Assembly (NCBI GenBank): GCA_025361995.1
Contig: JANYIP010000216.1
Coordinates: 1-28,484, forward strand
Source of the DNA: Streptomycetales bacterium
Lineage (GTDB): Bacteria > Actinomycetota > Actinomycetes > Prado026
DNA length: 28,484 nucleotides
Direction of reading: 5' to 3'
The position numbers and the translations under genes were made by a program. Below are positions 7,474 through 15,329 of this stretch, piece after piece. Under the pieces are notes generated by a model. The model searched no databases and was not told where the DNA came from. It saw only the letters and a list, made by a program, of their open reading frames with translations. Positions within the stretch are counted from its first letter, which is position 1, and every line of letters starts with the position of its first letter.

Positions 7474-8760
7474 TCAGCTGCCTGTGCTCGGGTGGCCGGG
7501 GCTCTCGGACGTCGGAGGCCCGACGGACGAGCCGGTCGTGCCCCCGCCTGACCCGCTGCTTGCGGGTGCGCTACCCGCTGAGCCCACCGGGTTCGGCAAG
7601 CTCGTCGGGGGGACTGGCGACCCGACGTACTTCGGGCTCACGGCCACCAGAACGAGCGGCATGCTGTCGCCCCGCAGAGTCAGGAACCACGCAGGTACGA
7701 GGACCGCTGTAGCGCCGTACCCGCCGTCCCACTGCAGCGCCAGGCCCAGCCGGCCCCCGGTCACGGTCGACGGCCCGCCGCACGGCATCCCCGGTGCAGG
7801 CTCAGCCGCGGACGCCGAGGCAGGTGCGGGCACGGGCGCGACGTCGGCGCAGGCCATGGCGGGCGCGCCCATCATCGGCTCGGGACCGCTGGCCAGCAGC
7901 TTGAGGGCGGCGGCAGCGCTGATCAACGGGTACGTGTGGCCGGGTGCCGGGCTCGACGGGTAGACCCAGCCGTCGGCTGCCGTGACGTGGTGGCCGTCAA
8001 CCGCGACGTCGGTCGCGTACCCAGAGGTGGGGAGGCCGGCGACCTCGGGGTCAACTGACACCTGGTCCGACCCCGGGAAGACGGTGGCCTTGGTCGGGTC
8101 GAGGCCGAGCGCCGCGAGCAATGGTCCGGCGACGGAACGGAGCGTCGCGGGCGACGGCATTGCCGGCGCCACGGGTGCCACGGGTGCCACGGGTGTCGCG
8201 GGTGGCTTGGGGGGCGCCGCCACTTCGGTCGTGGTGGTGGGGGCTCCTGGGCCCGATCCCACGGCGCCCGATTCTGTGATGACTCCAGAGGCGGCGCAGG
8301 CGACTCCGGTCGAGCCGTCCGACGAGTCCACGTCGACGACGAACCGCGGACAGGTGCTGGCTGCGTCCTGGAACGCCCACTGGCCGGTGTCCGACACGGC
8401 CAGCCGGCCGGCCGCACCTGCCACGACCCAGCCGTGCCGGTGCGGGACCGGGGTCGAGCGCAGGCCCAAGGCGGCCGCGATCCGGACGACGTCGGCTCGG
8501 GTGGCGCGTCCAGTCAGGTACGTGGACCCGTGAGACGGCCCGCTGGGCAGAGTGCCGCGGATGAGGTAGCGACCGTAGCCCGACTTGGACCCGTACCCGG
8601 CAAGGTCGGCTGATGCCGCGACGCCCGCTGCCGAGCCGGAGCCGATCCGCAGCAGCGGGAGTGTGCCGCTGCCGGCGCCAGAGACCTGCTCGGAGCCGCA
8701 GGCGGTGAGCAGCAAGCCGGAGGCGAGGGCTGTGGCGATGACGACCGATCGAGTACGCAC
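7474..8760 (-). CDS. Putative lipoprotein, Pro/Ala/Ser-rich, unknown function
   Basis: MRTRSVVIATALASGLLLTAC lipobox; GGAAGG ribosome-binding site 6 nt upstream; low-complexity linkers between apparently folded segments. Confidence 0.8.
   Translation of the reverse strand: MRTRSVVIATALASGLLLTACGSEQVSGAGSGTLPLLRIGSGSAAGVAASADLAGYGSKSGYGRYLIRGTLPSGPSHGSTYLTGRATRADVVRIAAALGLRSTPVPHRHGWVVAGAAGRLAVSDTGQWAFQDAASTCPRFVVDVDSSDGSTGVACAASGVITESGAVGSGPGAPTTTTEVAAPPKPPATPVAPVAPVAPAMPSPATLRSVAGPLLAALGLDPTKATVFPGSDQVSVDPEVAGLPTSGYATDVAVDGHHVTAADGWVYPSSPAPGHTYPLISAAAALKLLASGPEPMMGAPAMACADVAPVPAPASASAAEPAPGMPCGGPSTVTGGRLGLALQWDGGYGATAVLVPAWFLTLRGDSMPLVLVAVSPKYVGSPVPPTSLPNPVGSAGSAPASSGSGGGTTGSSVGPPTSESPGHPSTGS
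8168..8194. repeat. 3 x 9-bp tandem repeat (GCCACGGGT) encoding the (PVA)n linker of the lipoprotein
   Basis: Three exact copies plus one degenerate copy to 8203. Confidence 0.85.
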
Positions 8761-8797
8761 GGCGAGCCTTCCAGCGTCGATGAACAGATGCGCTGGT

Positions 8798-8825
8798 TCG
8801 ACGTCACGCGCGGCCTCCCGGTTCC
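8798..8825 (-). promoter_or_regulatory. Putative ECF-sigma promoter GGAACC-N16-CGTCGA upstream of the lipoprotein
   Basis: Minus-strand GGAACC 8825-8820, 16-nt spacer, CGTCGA 8803-8798; 37 nt upstream of the start codon. Confidence 0.55.
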
Positions 8826-8848
8826 AGGCCGGCGAAGTTGGGCCAAAC

Positions 8849-8886
8849 GGGTGCTGACTGGCCCGCCTGCGGACCAGTCAGCACCC
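8849..8886 (-). terminator. Intrinsic-terminator-like hairpin after the PKD gene
   Basis: Perfect 13-bp inverted repeat GGGTGCTGACTGG / CCAGTCAGCACCC, 20 nt past the stop; only a short U tract (GTTT) on the minus strand. Confidence 0.7.
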
Positions 8887-8906
8887 ATTCCAGCCAGTGG
8901 GCTGGG

Positions 8907-11900
8907 TCACGCGGAGGTGAGCACCAAGGTGATCATGGTCGCCGAGCCGGCCGAGCCATTCAGGCCAGCTACCTGCCCCGGGTAGGCTCCCGCGGGAACG
9001 GGACCACCGCTGTCCGTCGCCAGCGAGGAGATCTCGCCGCTCCCGGTGCCGACTGCGGTGCTGCGTACGGACTGGCCGGCCGGCGCCGTGAAGGCGCTGA
9101 CGGTGCTCGACTTCGTCTGCCACAGCGACACGACCCAGCTGCCGGTCCCGCTGACGGGGACCGACGTCGTGCTCTCGCTCGTCGCGGACGTGGTGGTTGC
9201 CACCGAGCCAACGTTCAGGACGGGTGCCGACGGGCTCGTGCCCGAGTACGCGAGCACCTGCAGGCTGCCCTTGTGCAAGGCGCCGTACGAGACGGTGACC
9301 GTGCTGCCTGCGTCGGCCGAGGTGGCCACCTTGGTCCACACGGTGGTCGCCACCGATGTACCCGCCGGGACGCTGGCCCGCTGGGTCCAGCCGGCCGGAG
9401 CGGTCGGCGCGGTCGACGAGGCGCTGCTCGCCACGAGCACGAGCAGGTTGCCGGTGCTCACGGCGGACGGGACGGTGACGGTCTCGTTGGCTGCGTTCGC
9501 CGTGGTCTGAGCGCTACCGACGAAGCCGATGCCGGTGACCGGAACCGACACGGTGAACGTGTGCGCGATCGTCGAGGTCTGCGCCTGGTTGTCGGTCACC
9601 GTCAGAGTGACGGTCTGTGGGCCGGCGCCAGCAAACGTGTGGTTCGGGGTCAAGCCGGTGTCGGTGTTCCCGTCGCCGTAGTCCCACGCGTACGAAGTGA
9701 TCGTGCCTCCCGAGTCGGTGGAGCCGGAGGCGTTGAACGAGCACGCGAGCTGGGTGCACGAGACAGTGAACGCAGCCGCCGGGGTGGACGTCGCCGCCAC
9801 CGAGAAAGTGTGGCTGACAACCGATGTCGCGGACGTGCTGTCGGTGACTGTGAGGGTCACGGTCTGCGGCCCGGCACCGCTGAAGGTGTGGCTCGTGGTC
9901 ACGCCGGAGTCGGTGTTCCCGTCGCCGTAGTCCCAGGCGTACGAGGTGATCGCGCCGCCGGTGTCGGTGGAGCCGGAGGCGTCGAACGTGCAGGCGAGCA
10001 GGGTGCACGAGGACGTGAACGCCGCGGTCGGGCCGGTCTGCACCGGAGCGGTCAGCGGACCTGCGAACATCGCGCCCGACGCCCAGTTGGTCCCGTCGAT
10101 CCCGGGGCCGCTGACGCCGGTGGCCGACCCGCTGAACCCGGTCGCGCCGAGGCCGACCGTGCTGAGCACGCCAGTGGTGCCGTTGGCGAAGTACAGCTGG
10201 TTGCCGGAGATGAACATGCCCGAGGTCTGCGCCATCGAGACACCGGTCATCGTCGACGGGGTCGGGAAGATGACGCCGCTGTCGGGCGTGAAGGCCCGGT
10301 AGTACAGCGCCGGGTCGCCGGAGAGCGTGTAGTAGAGCCGCCCGGTCGACGGGTCGTACGCCATCGACGTCAGCGACGGGATCTGCGCGTAGAGATCGGG
10401 CTGAACTCCTTGCAGGGTCAGGGGTCCGTTGGTCCCGCGGCCGGCGTCGACCACGTTGTCCCAGTACGGGATGCTGTACGGGTTGACCGCCACCTCAGGC
10501 CCGAAGGTCGTCCCGTTGAAGGTCCGGGAGTAGAGCATCGCCGAGGTGGTCTTGCCGTAGAAGAGGTTGCCTCCCACGAGCGTTGCCGCCCGCACCGTGG
10601 TCCAGTCGATCGGCGACGACACAGGCGCGATCGCGCCGCTGTGCGTGCCGTCGTACGGGCGGAAGACGAGCGGGTTGGCCGGGCTGGCCGCGGACTGGCC
10701 GAGGTAGATGTCGGCAGGGAGCGCAGTGGTCGCGGTCGACGCAGGGCTGCTGCCACCAGCCAGCGGGAAGAACGCGATCTTGCGCCGCTTGTACTGCTGG
10801 TTGCCGATCCAGTCGGTGTCCGAGCCGATCCATAGGCCGGCGGCAGTGGCGAGCATTCCCTGCGTGCCGTGCCCGCGCGGCTCGCGGCCGGGGTTCCAGT
10901 TGAACGGCATGCCATTGACCGGGTCAAGGGCCACGATGCCGGGCCGTGCGACGGCGCCACCGCCCTTGTTGTCGCTCGCGAGCGGGTTGTTGAGCCAGCG
11001 CGGGTGACCCGCGCCATAGACCGTGGGCCCGGTGATCGCGACGGAGAAGAAGCTGTCGCTGCCCGAGCTGGCCATCCAGGTGGGCTGCAGGTTCTGGCCG
11101 CTGGCCGAGGTCTCCCAGCGGGTGATGGTGTCGCAGGTGGTGGCAGCCTCGGGCAGCAGGAAGTCGTGCCCGCCGGCCGTCGCGACGGCGAAGTAGCTGC
11201 CGTCCGGGGAGAAGTCGACGTCGCGGATCCACGAGTCGAAGGTGAACCAGAAGCACGCGTCGGAGAAGCGCGTGGTCTTCCAGTTCGGGTCGACCGTGGC
11301 GCCGGAGCCGTTGATGTTGAACACCGCGATCTGGTCGCGAGCAAGGCCGCCGACGGTGTCGAAGTTTCCGATGACGACCATCCGGGTGCCCTGCGGGTTG
11401 ATCGCGAGCCGGGCCACGCCGGTGACGCCGTCAGCGACGTGCACACCGGGGAAGTTGATGGCTGCGAGCTCGGCAGCCGAGACGTGGCCGAAGTTGTGGT
11501 GGCCGGTCACCGTGGTGGTGAGGAAGGTGGTCAGCGCGCCAGTCGTCGGGTTGAGCGAGGCGAGGCCGCCGCGCGCAGTGCCGCCGATGGAGGTGAAGTT
11601 GCCACCGATGATGAGCTGCGAGCCGAGCAGTCGCACGCTCATGACGCCCTTGGTCATCGCGCCAGGTACGAAGCCAGCGACCCGGCTGCCGTCACTGACG
11701 TTGAGGAGCAGCAAGTTGGGGACCGCGACCCCGTTGTCCGTCGTGAACTGTCCGCCCACGTAGACCGTGCCGGCGACCGGTCCTGCGAGCAGTGCGTCGA
11801 CCTCGCCGTTGAGGTTCGGCGCGAACGCTGTGTTGATGGCGCCAGAGGTCGCGTCGAAGGCGACGATGTGCTGACGCGTGTACGTCGTGGTGGCCGCGTA

Positions 11901-12143
11901 GTTCTGGACCTGGGTGAACGTCCCGCCCGCGATCATGGTGGTGCCGACCTGGGCGAAGGTGAGCACCTCGCCATCGACCACAGCAGGGGTTCCGGTCGCT
12001 GGTATCGCCGAGACGAGCTGGTTCTGGGGGGTCGTGGGACCGCCCGCTGCCCAGGACGAACCCTGATTCATCGCGACCAGGGGCAACGCGAGCATCGAGA
12101 CCATCAGGCTCAGCGAGAGCAGGATGCGCCGGGCAAGCTTCAC
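8907..12143 (-). CDS. Large secreted protein (1078 aa): signal peptide, delta-60/beta-propeller-like repeats, two PKD domains, C-terminal beta-rich domain
   Basis: Start GTG 12143 with GGTGGA upstream; KLARR + hydrophobic signal; repeated GG(T/Q/N)FT and GNFD motifs; two SYAWDYGDG PKD motifs. Confidence 0.85.
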   Translation of the reverse strand: MKLARRILLSLSLMVSMLALPLVAMNQGSSWAAGGPTTPQNQLVSAIPATGTPAVVDGEVLTFAQVGTTMIAGGTFTQVQNYAATTTYTRQHIVAFDATSGAINTAFAPNLNGEVDALLAGPVAGTVYVGGQFTTDNGVAVPNLLLLNVSDGSRVAGFVPGAMTKGVMSVRLLGSQLIIGGNFTSIGGTARGGLASLNPTTGALTTFLTTTVTGHHNFGHVSAAELAAINFPGVHVADGVTGVARLAINPQGTRMVVIGNFDTVGGLARDQIAVFNINGSGATVDPNWKTTRFSDACFWFTFDSWIRDVDFSPDGSYFAVATAGGHDFLLPEAATTCDTITRWETSASGQNLQPTWMASSGSDSFFSVAITGPTVYGAGHPRWLNNPLASDNKGGGAVARPGIVALDPVNGMPFNWNPGREPRGHGTQGMLATAAGLWIGSDTDWIGNQQYKRRKIAFFPLAGGSSPASTATTALPADIYLGQSAASPANPLVFRPYDGTHSGAIAPVSSPIDWTTVRAATLVGGNLFYGKTTSAMLYSRTFNGTTFGPEVAVNPYSIPYWDNVVDAGRGTNGPLTLQGVQPDLYAQIPSLTSMAYDPSTGRLYYTLSGDPALYYRAFTPDSGVIFPTPSTMTGVSMAQTSGMFISGNQLYFANGTTGVLSTVGLGATGFSGSATGVSGPGIDGTNWASGAMFAGPLTAPVQTGPTAAFTSSCTLLACTFDASGSTDTGGAITSYAWDYGDGNTDSGVTTSHTFSGAGPQTVTLTVTDSTSATSVVSHTFSVAATSTPAAAFTVSCTQLACSFNASGSTDSGGTITSYAWDYGDGNTDTGLTPNHTFAGAGPQTVTLTVTDNQAQTSTIAHTFTVSVPVTGIGFVGSAQTTANAANETVTVPSAVSTGNLLVLVASSASSTAPTAPAGWTQRASVPAGTSVATTVWTKVATSADAGSTVTVSYGALHKGSLQVLAYSGTSPSAPVLNVGSVATTTSATSESTTSVPVSGTGSWVVSLWQTKSSTVSAFTAPAGQSVRSTAVGTGSGEISSLATDSGGPVPAGAYPGQVAGLNGSAGSATMITLVLTSA
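9549..10034 (-). repeat. Two tandem 237-nt PKD-domain repeats (9549-9785 and 9798-10034)
   Basis: AAFT-SCT-LAC-F-ASGSTD-GG-ITSYAWDYGDGNTD...GAGPQTVTLTVTD shared at protein and DNA level. Confidence 0.9.
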
Positions 12144-12281
12144 AGGTCCACCTTGGTGACGTGACTCCGTCGCACCCCTGCGACGAATGACAGTTCCCAG
12201 TGGTACCTCGTGCCAAGGCGGTGCCCTAGGGGAATCTGCGAACACTGGCCGATCGTCTGACCAATATCATCCGTTCGTCGT

Positions 12282-13160
12282 TCAGGCGCCGCCCGCGCTC
12301 ACGATGGCGTCGGTCAGGAATCCCGCCAGCAGCCCGATCAGCAGCCCGTACGCCACCAAGGTCTTGTAGCCGCTGCGCGCGGCCACGCCGAGGAGCTGCA
12401 CCAGCACGTAGATGATCGAGCCGGCGGCCAGCGTCAGGAAGATGACGCTGACCGGCTCGCTCGTGAAGCTGTGGCCCACTGCGGTCCCGACGAAGGTCGG
12501 GCCCCCGCCGATGAGGGCCATGCTGAGCAAGAAGCTCCAGCTGGGCCGGCGGGGCACCCCGTTCTCGTCGAGGTCACCGGTCAACGGGGCCACGATGCCG
12601 AATCCCTCGGTCGCGTTGTGCAGCGCGAAACCGATGACCAGCAAGGTCGCCAGCGCGATCGCGCCCGATGCGGCCGACTGCCCGATGGCCAGACCCTCGG
12701 CGAAGTTGTGCAGGCCGATCCCGACGGCGATGAGAAGCGACAGCCGCTTGGCCGGCGACCAGCCGGCCATCCCGTGGGCGGTGGTGGCCTGGTCCACGCT
12801 CATCGCGCCGGGCCCGACGGAGGGTGCGCTCGCTCGCGGCTTGGCCGTGCGGGCCATCCACGACTCGTACGCCACCAGCGAGAGCAGGCCGACCGACAGG
12901 CCGCCAGCGAAGAGCAGTCCGTAGCCGACCGCTGTACCCACGCCGCCGTGGCCGTCGTGCACGGAGCCGAGAGCGGTGTCGATGGGCTCCCACGCAGCTG
13001 ACAGGACGTCCCAGACCAGGAAGAGCAGCACGCCGACGGCCATCGCGTTGAGCAGGGTGCGCAGGCGCGGTGCCGGCCGGCTCAGGCGTCCGATCGGCAG
13101 GCCAAGGATGATCGTCACCCCGGCGATGAAGCCGAGAAGCAGCGTCTTGGACAGGCTCAC
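12282..13160 (-). CDS. ZIP-family divalent metal transporter (ZupT-like)
   Basis: About 8 hydrophobic segments; metal-site motifs GIGLHNFAEG and ALHNATEG. Confidence 0.92.
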   Translation of the reverse strand: MSLSKTLLLGFIAGVTIILGLPIGRLSRPAPRLRTLLNAMAVGVLLFLVWDVLSAAWEPIDTALGSVHDGHGGVGTAVGYGLLFAGGLSVGLLSLVAYESWMARTAKPRASAPSVGPGAMSVDQATTAHGMAGWSPAKRLSLLIAVGIGLHNFAEGLAIGQSAASGAIALATLLVIGFALHNATEGFGIVAPLTGDLDENGVPRRPSWSFLLSMALIGGGPTFVGTAVGHSFTSEPVSVIFLTLAAGSIIYVLVQLLGVAARSGYKTLVAYGLLIGLLAGFLTDAIVSAGGA

Positions 13161-13173
13161 GGGATGGTTCCAA

Positions 13174-14457
13174 TCATTTAGGTGAGGCTACCCTAACAAG
13201 TGCTCCAGGATCCGCGCCAGGTGGACGCGAAAATTCACGTCGTGCTCGCTTTTCGGGGGACGTTCCGCGGGTACGCCCGATCTCGGCGACCACGCCGAGC
13301 AGCGAGCGGAACGTGTCCGCGGGCAGGAACGCGTCGCAGTAGGGGAGGGCGGCGGCCATCGTGGCCACCCGCGGCTCGTAGTCCGGCGCTGCGGCCCGTG
13401 GGTTCATCCAGATCACCCGGTAGGCCCGGCGGCGCAACCGTGCCATCGCGGCGGCGAGCTCGGCCGGGCTGTCGCTGTCCCAACCATCGGACCCGATGAT
13501 CACGACCGCGCCGCGCATCGAGCCACCGTGCAGCGACGAGAGCAGCCCTTGGATGTTGGTGGCGATCTTCGTGCCGCCGAAGCGGTCGACGACCTTGCTG
13601 GTCGCCTGCTCGATCGCGACCTCGGCGGATCGGTGCGCGAGGACGGTGGTCAGCCGGGTCGCGGTGGTGGCGAATGCGAATACCTCCGCGTCCGACACCA
13701 GCACGAGGGCACGCATCAGGTGCAGGTAGGCAGCGGCTTGCGCCTGCATCGACTGGCTGACATCGCAGAGCATCACGACCCGACGCGGTCGCTCGACGGG
13801 CTTGACGCGGACGAGGTGGATCGGTTCCCAGCCGGTCCGCCGCGCCCGGCCGATCGTCTCCCTGATCGAGATGCGGTGGCCGCTCGCGCCGACCGCGACC
13901 CGGCGCGATGTCCGGGTGGGCCACACCTGCAGTGCCGTCTCGATCCACCGGCCGAGGAGCTCCGTCTCGGCAGCCGTGAGCTGCTCGAACGGTATGTCGG
14001 CAAGACCGGCCACCTCGCTGGGGAGCCGCTGCGGCACGGCGAACGGGCTGTCCGAGTCCTCGGAGTAGCCGGTGGCCGGCGGGAGCGTCAGCCAAGGAAG
14101 CCCGGAGCCGGGCTCGTCTGCGCCCGCTGACCGCCCCTGCCAGGCGGCGTGGCTGTCATCCGGACGTCCGCGTGTGGGGGCAGTGTCGAGCGACGATCGC
14201 CGGTGCGAGCCCGGCTCACCGGCTGCGCTGTCGAAGACGGCCGCGAACACGGCGTCGAACGCTGTGAGCTCGGAATGTCGACCTACCAAGGTGATCCGGG
14301 CTGTCCAGTAGAGGCTGGAGCGGGAGTCGGGAGGTGCCGCCTCGAGCGCCCGGACGAAGTCGGCCAGCCCTGTTGTCCCGACCCTGACTCCGTGCGCCCG
14401 GAGCCGGCTCACGAGCGCGACGGCGAAGGCTGCGCGGTCGGTCCTGCGCAGCATCAT
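13174..14457 (-). CDS. coxE: CoxE-like VWA-domain CODH accessory protein
   Basis: MIDAS motif LCDVSQSM, FAFAT, GGTKIA, IIGSDGWD, IWMNP; overlaps the coxD stop. Confidence 0.88.
   Translation of the reverse strand: MMLRRTDRAAFAVALVSRLRAHGVRVGTTGLADFVRALEAAPPDSRSSLYWTARITLVGRHSELTAFDAVFAAVFDSAAGEPGSHRRSSLDTAPTRGRPDDSHAAWQGRSAGADEPGSGLPWLTLPPATGYSEDSDSPFAVPQRLPSEVAGLADIPFEQLTAAETELLGRWIETALQVWPTRTSRRVAVGASGHRISIRETIGRARRTGWEPIHLVRVKPVERPRRVVMLCDVSQSMQAQAAAYLHLMRALVLVSDAEVFAFATTATRLTTVLAHRSAEVAIEQATSKVVDRFGGTKIATNIQGLLSSLHGGSMRGAVVIIGSDGWDSDSPAELAAAMARLRRRAYRVIWMNPRAAAPDYEPRVATMAAALPYCDAFLPADTFRSLLGVVAEIGRTRGTSPEKRARREFSRPPGADPGALVRVASPK
13178..13196. promoter_or_regulatory. IdeR/DtxR-family iron box overlapping the probable -10 (TAGCCT) of the ZIP gene
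   Basis: TTAGGTGAGGCTACCCTAA matches 17 of 19 positions of TWAGGTWAGSCTWACCTWA; lies 18-36 nt upstream of the ZIP start. Confidence 0.8.
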
Positions 14458-15329
14458 CCGCCGTAGCCCAGGTGGTCGAGCGATGCGGTCATCGTGTCCC
14501 GGTCGTCCGGGGTCTTGGCGATCGAGACCAGGGTTCGCAGGATGTCGCTGCGGACCAGCCCGCTGGCGCCGAGGGTGGACAGCGCGCTGACCCAGTCGAT
14601 GGTCTCGGCCATGCCCGGGGCCTTGTCGAGGTCGAGGCGCCGCACGCCGCCGATGAACTCGGTGGTCGAGGCGATCAGCGGCTCGCTCGCGGTCGGTACC
14701 GTGCGGCGGAGGATCTCCGCCGCCCGCGCCGGCTCAGGGAAGTCGATCCAGTGGTAGAGGCAGCGCCGCCGGAGCGCGTCGTGAAGCTCGCGGCTGCGGT
14801 TGGAGGTCAGGATGACGACCGGGCGCCTCGTCGCGGTGAACGTCCCCAGCTCGGGGATCGTGATGGACCCTTCGCCGAGGAACTCGAAGAGCAGCGCCTC
14901 GAACTCGTCGTCAGCCCGGTCGATCTCATCGATGAGCAGCACGGGCGCGACTGGTCCGTGGTACCTGATGGCACGCAGGATCGGCCGCTCATGCAGGAAC
15001 TCCTCGGTGAACAGGTCTGCGTCGGTGAGGCGTTCCTGGTGCGACTCGGCGAGCCGGATCGCGAGCAGCTGGCGCTGGTAGTTCCACTCGTACAAGGCCT
15101 CGCTGACGGTGAGGCCCTCGTAGCACTGCAAGCGGATCAGGGGAGTGCCCAGCGCATGGGCCAGCGCCTTGGCGGCTGCGGTCTTGCCGACTCCTGGCTC
15201 ACCCTCGAGCAGCAGCGGCTGACCCAGGCGCAGGGCGAAGAACAGGGCCGTGGCCAAGCCTTCGTCGACGAGGTAGTCGACCTCGTCGAGGCAGCGCTGG
15301 ACGGCTGCGGCGTCTGCGAACTCCTGCAT
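14454..15329 (-). CDS. coxD: CoxD-like MoxR-family AAA+ ATPase (CODH maturation)
   Basis: Walker A GEPGVGKT, RLQCYEGL, Walker B LLIDEIDRAD, LRRRC; ATG overlaps the coxL TGA. The ORF track over-extends this gene to 16316. Confidence 0.92.
   Translation of the reverse strand: MQEFADAAAVQRCLDEVDYLVDEGLATALFFALRLGQPLLLEGEPGVGKTAAAKALAHALGTPLIRLQCYEGLTVSEALYEWNYQRQLLAIRLAESHQERLTDADLFTEEFLHERPILRAIRYHGPVAPVLLIDEIDRADDEFEALLFEFLGEGSITIPELGTFTATRRPVVILTSNRSRELHDALRRRCLYHWIDFPEPARAAEILRRTVPTASEPLIASTTEFIGGVRRLDLDKAPGMAETIDWVSALSTLGASGLVRSDILRTLVSIAKTPDDRDTMTASLDHLGYGG

Noticed and set aside
8838-10835. 665-aa plus-strand Arg/Gly-rich ORF (also 10869-12164)
   Set aside because: Shadow of the PKD gene; low complexity and no domain signatures.
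12144-12281. Possible c-di-AMP (ydaO) or c-di-GMP riboswitch before the PKD gene (GCAGATTCCC, CCACTGGG and a 7-bp hairpin at 12168-12185)
   Set aside because: Only fragmentary similarity; the 3' conserved ydaO block is absent and the region is too short. An Rfam scan would settle it.
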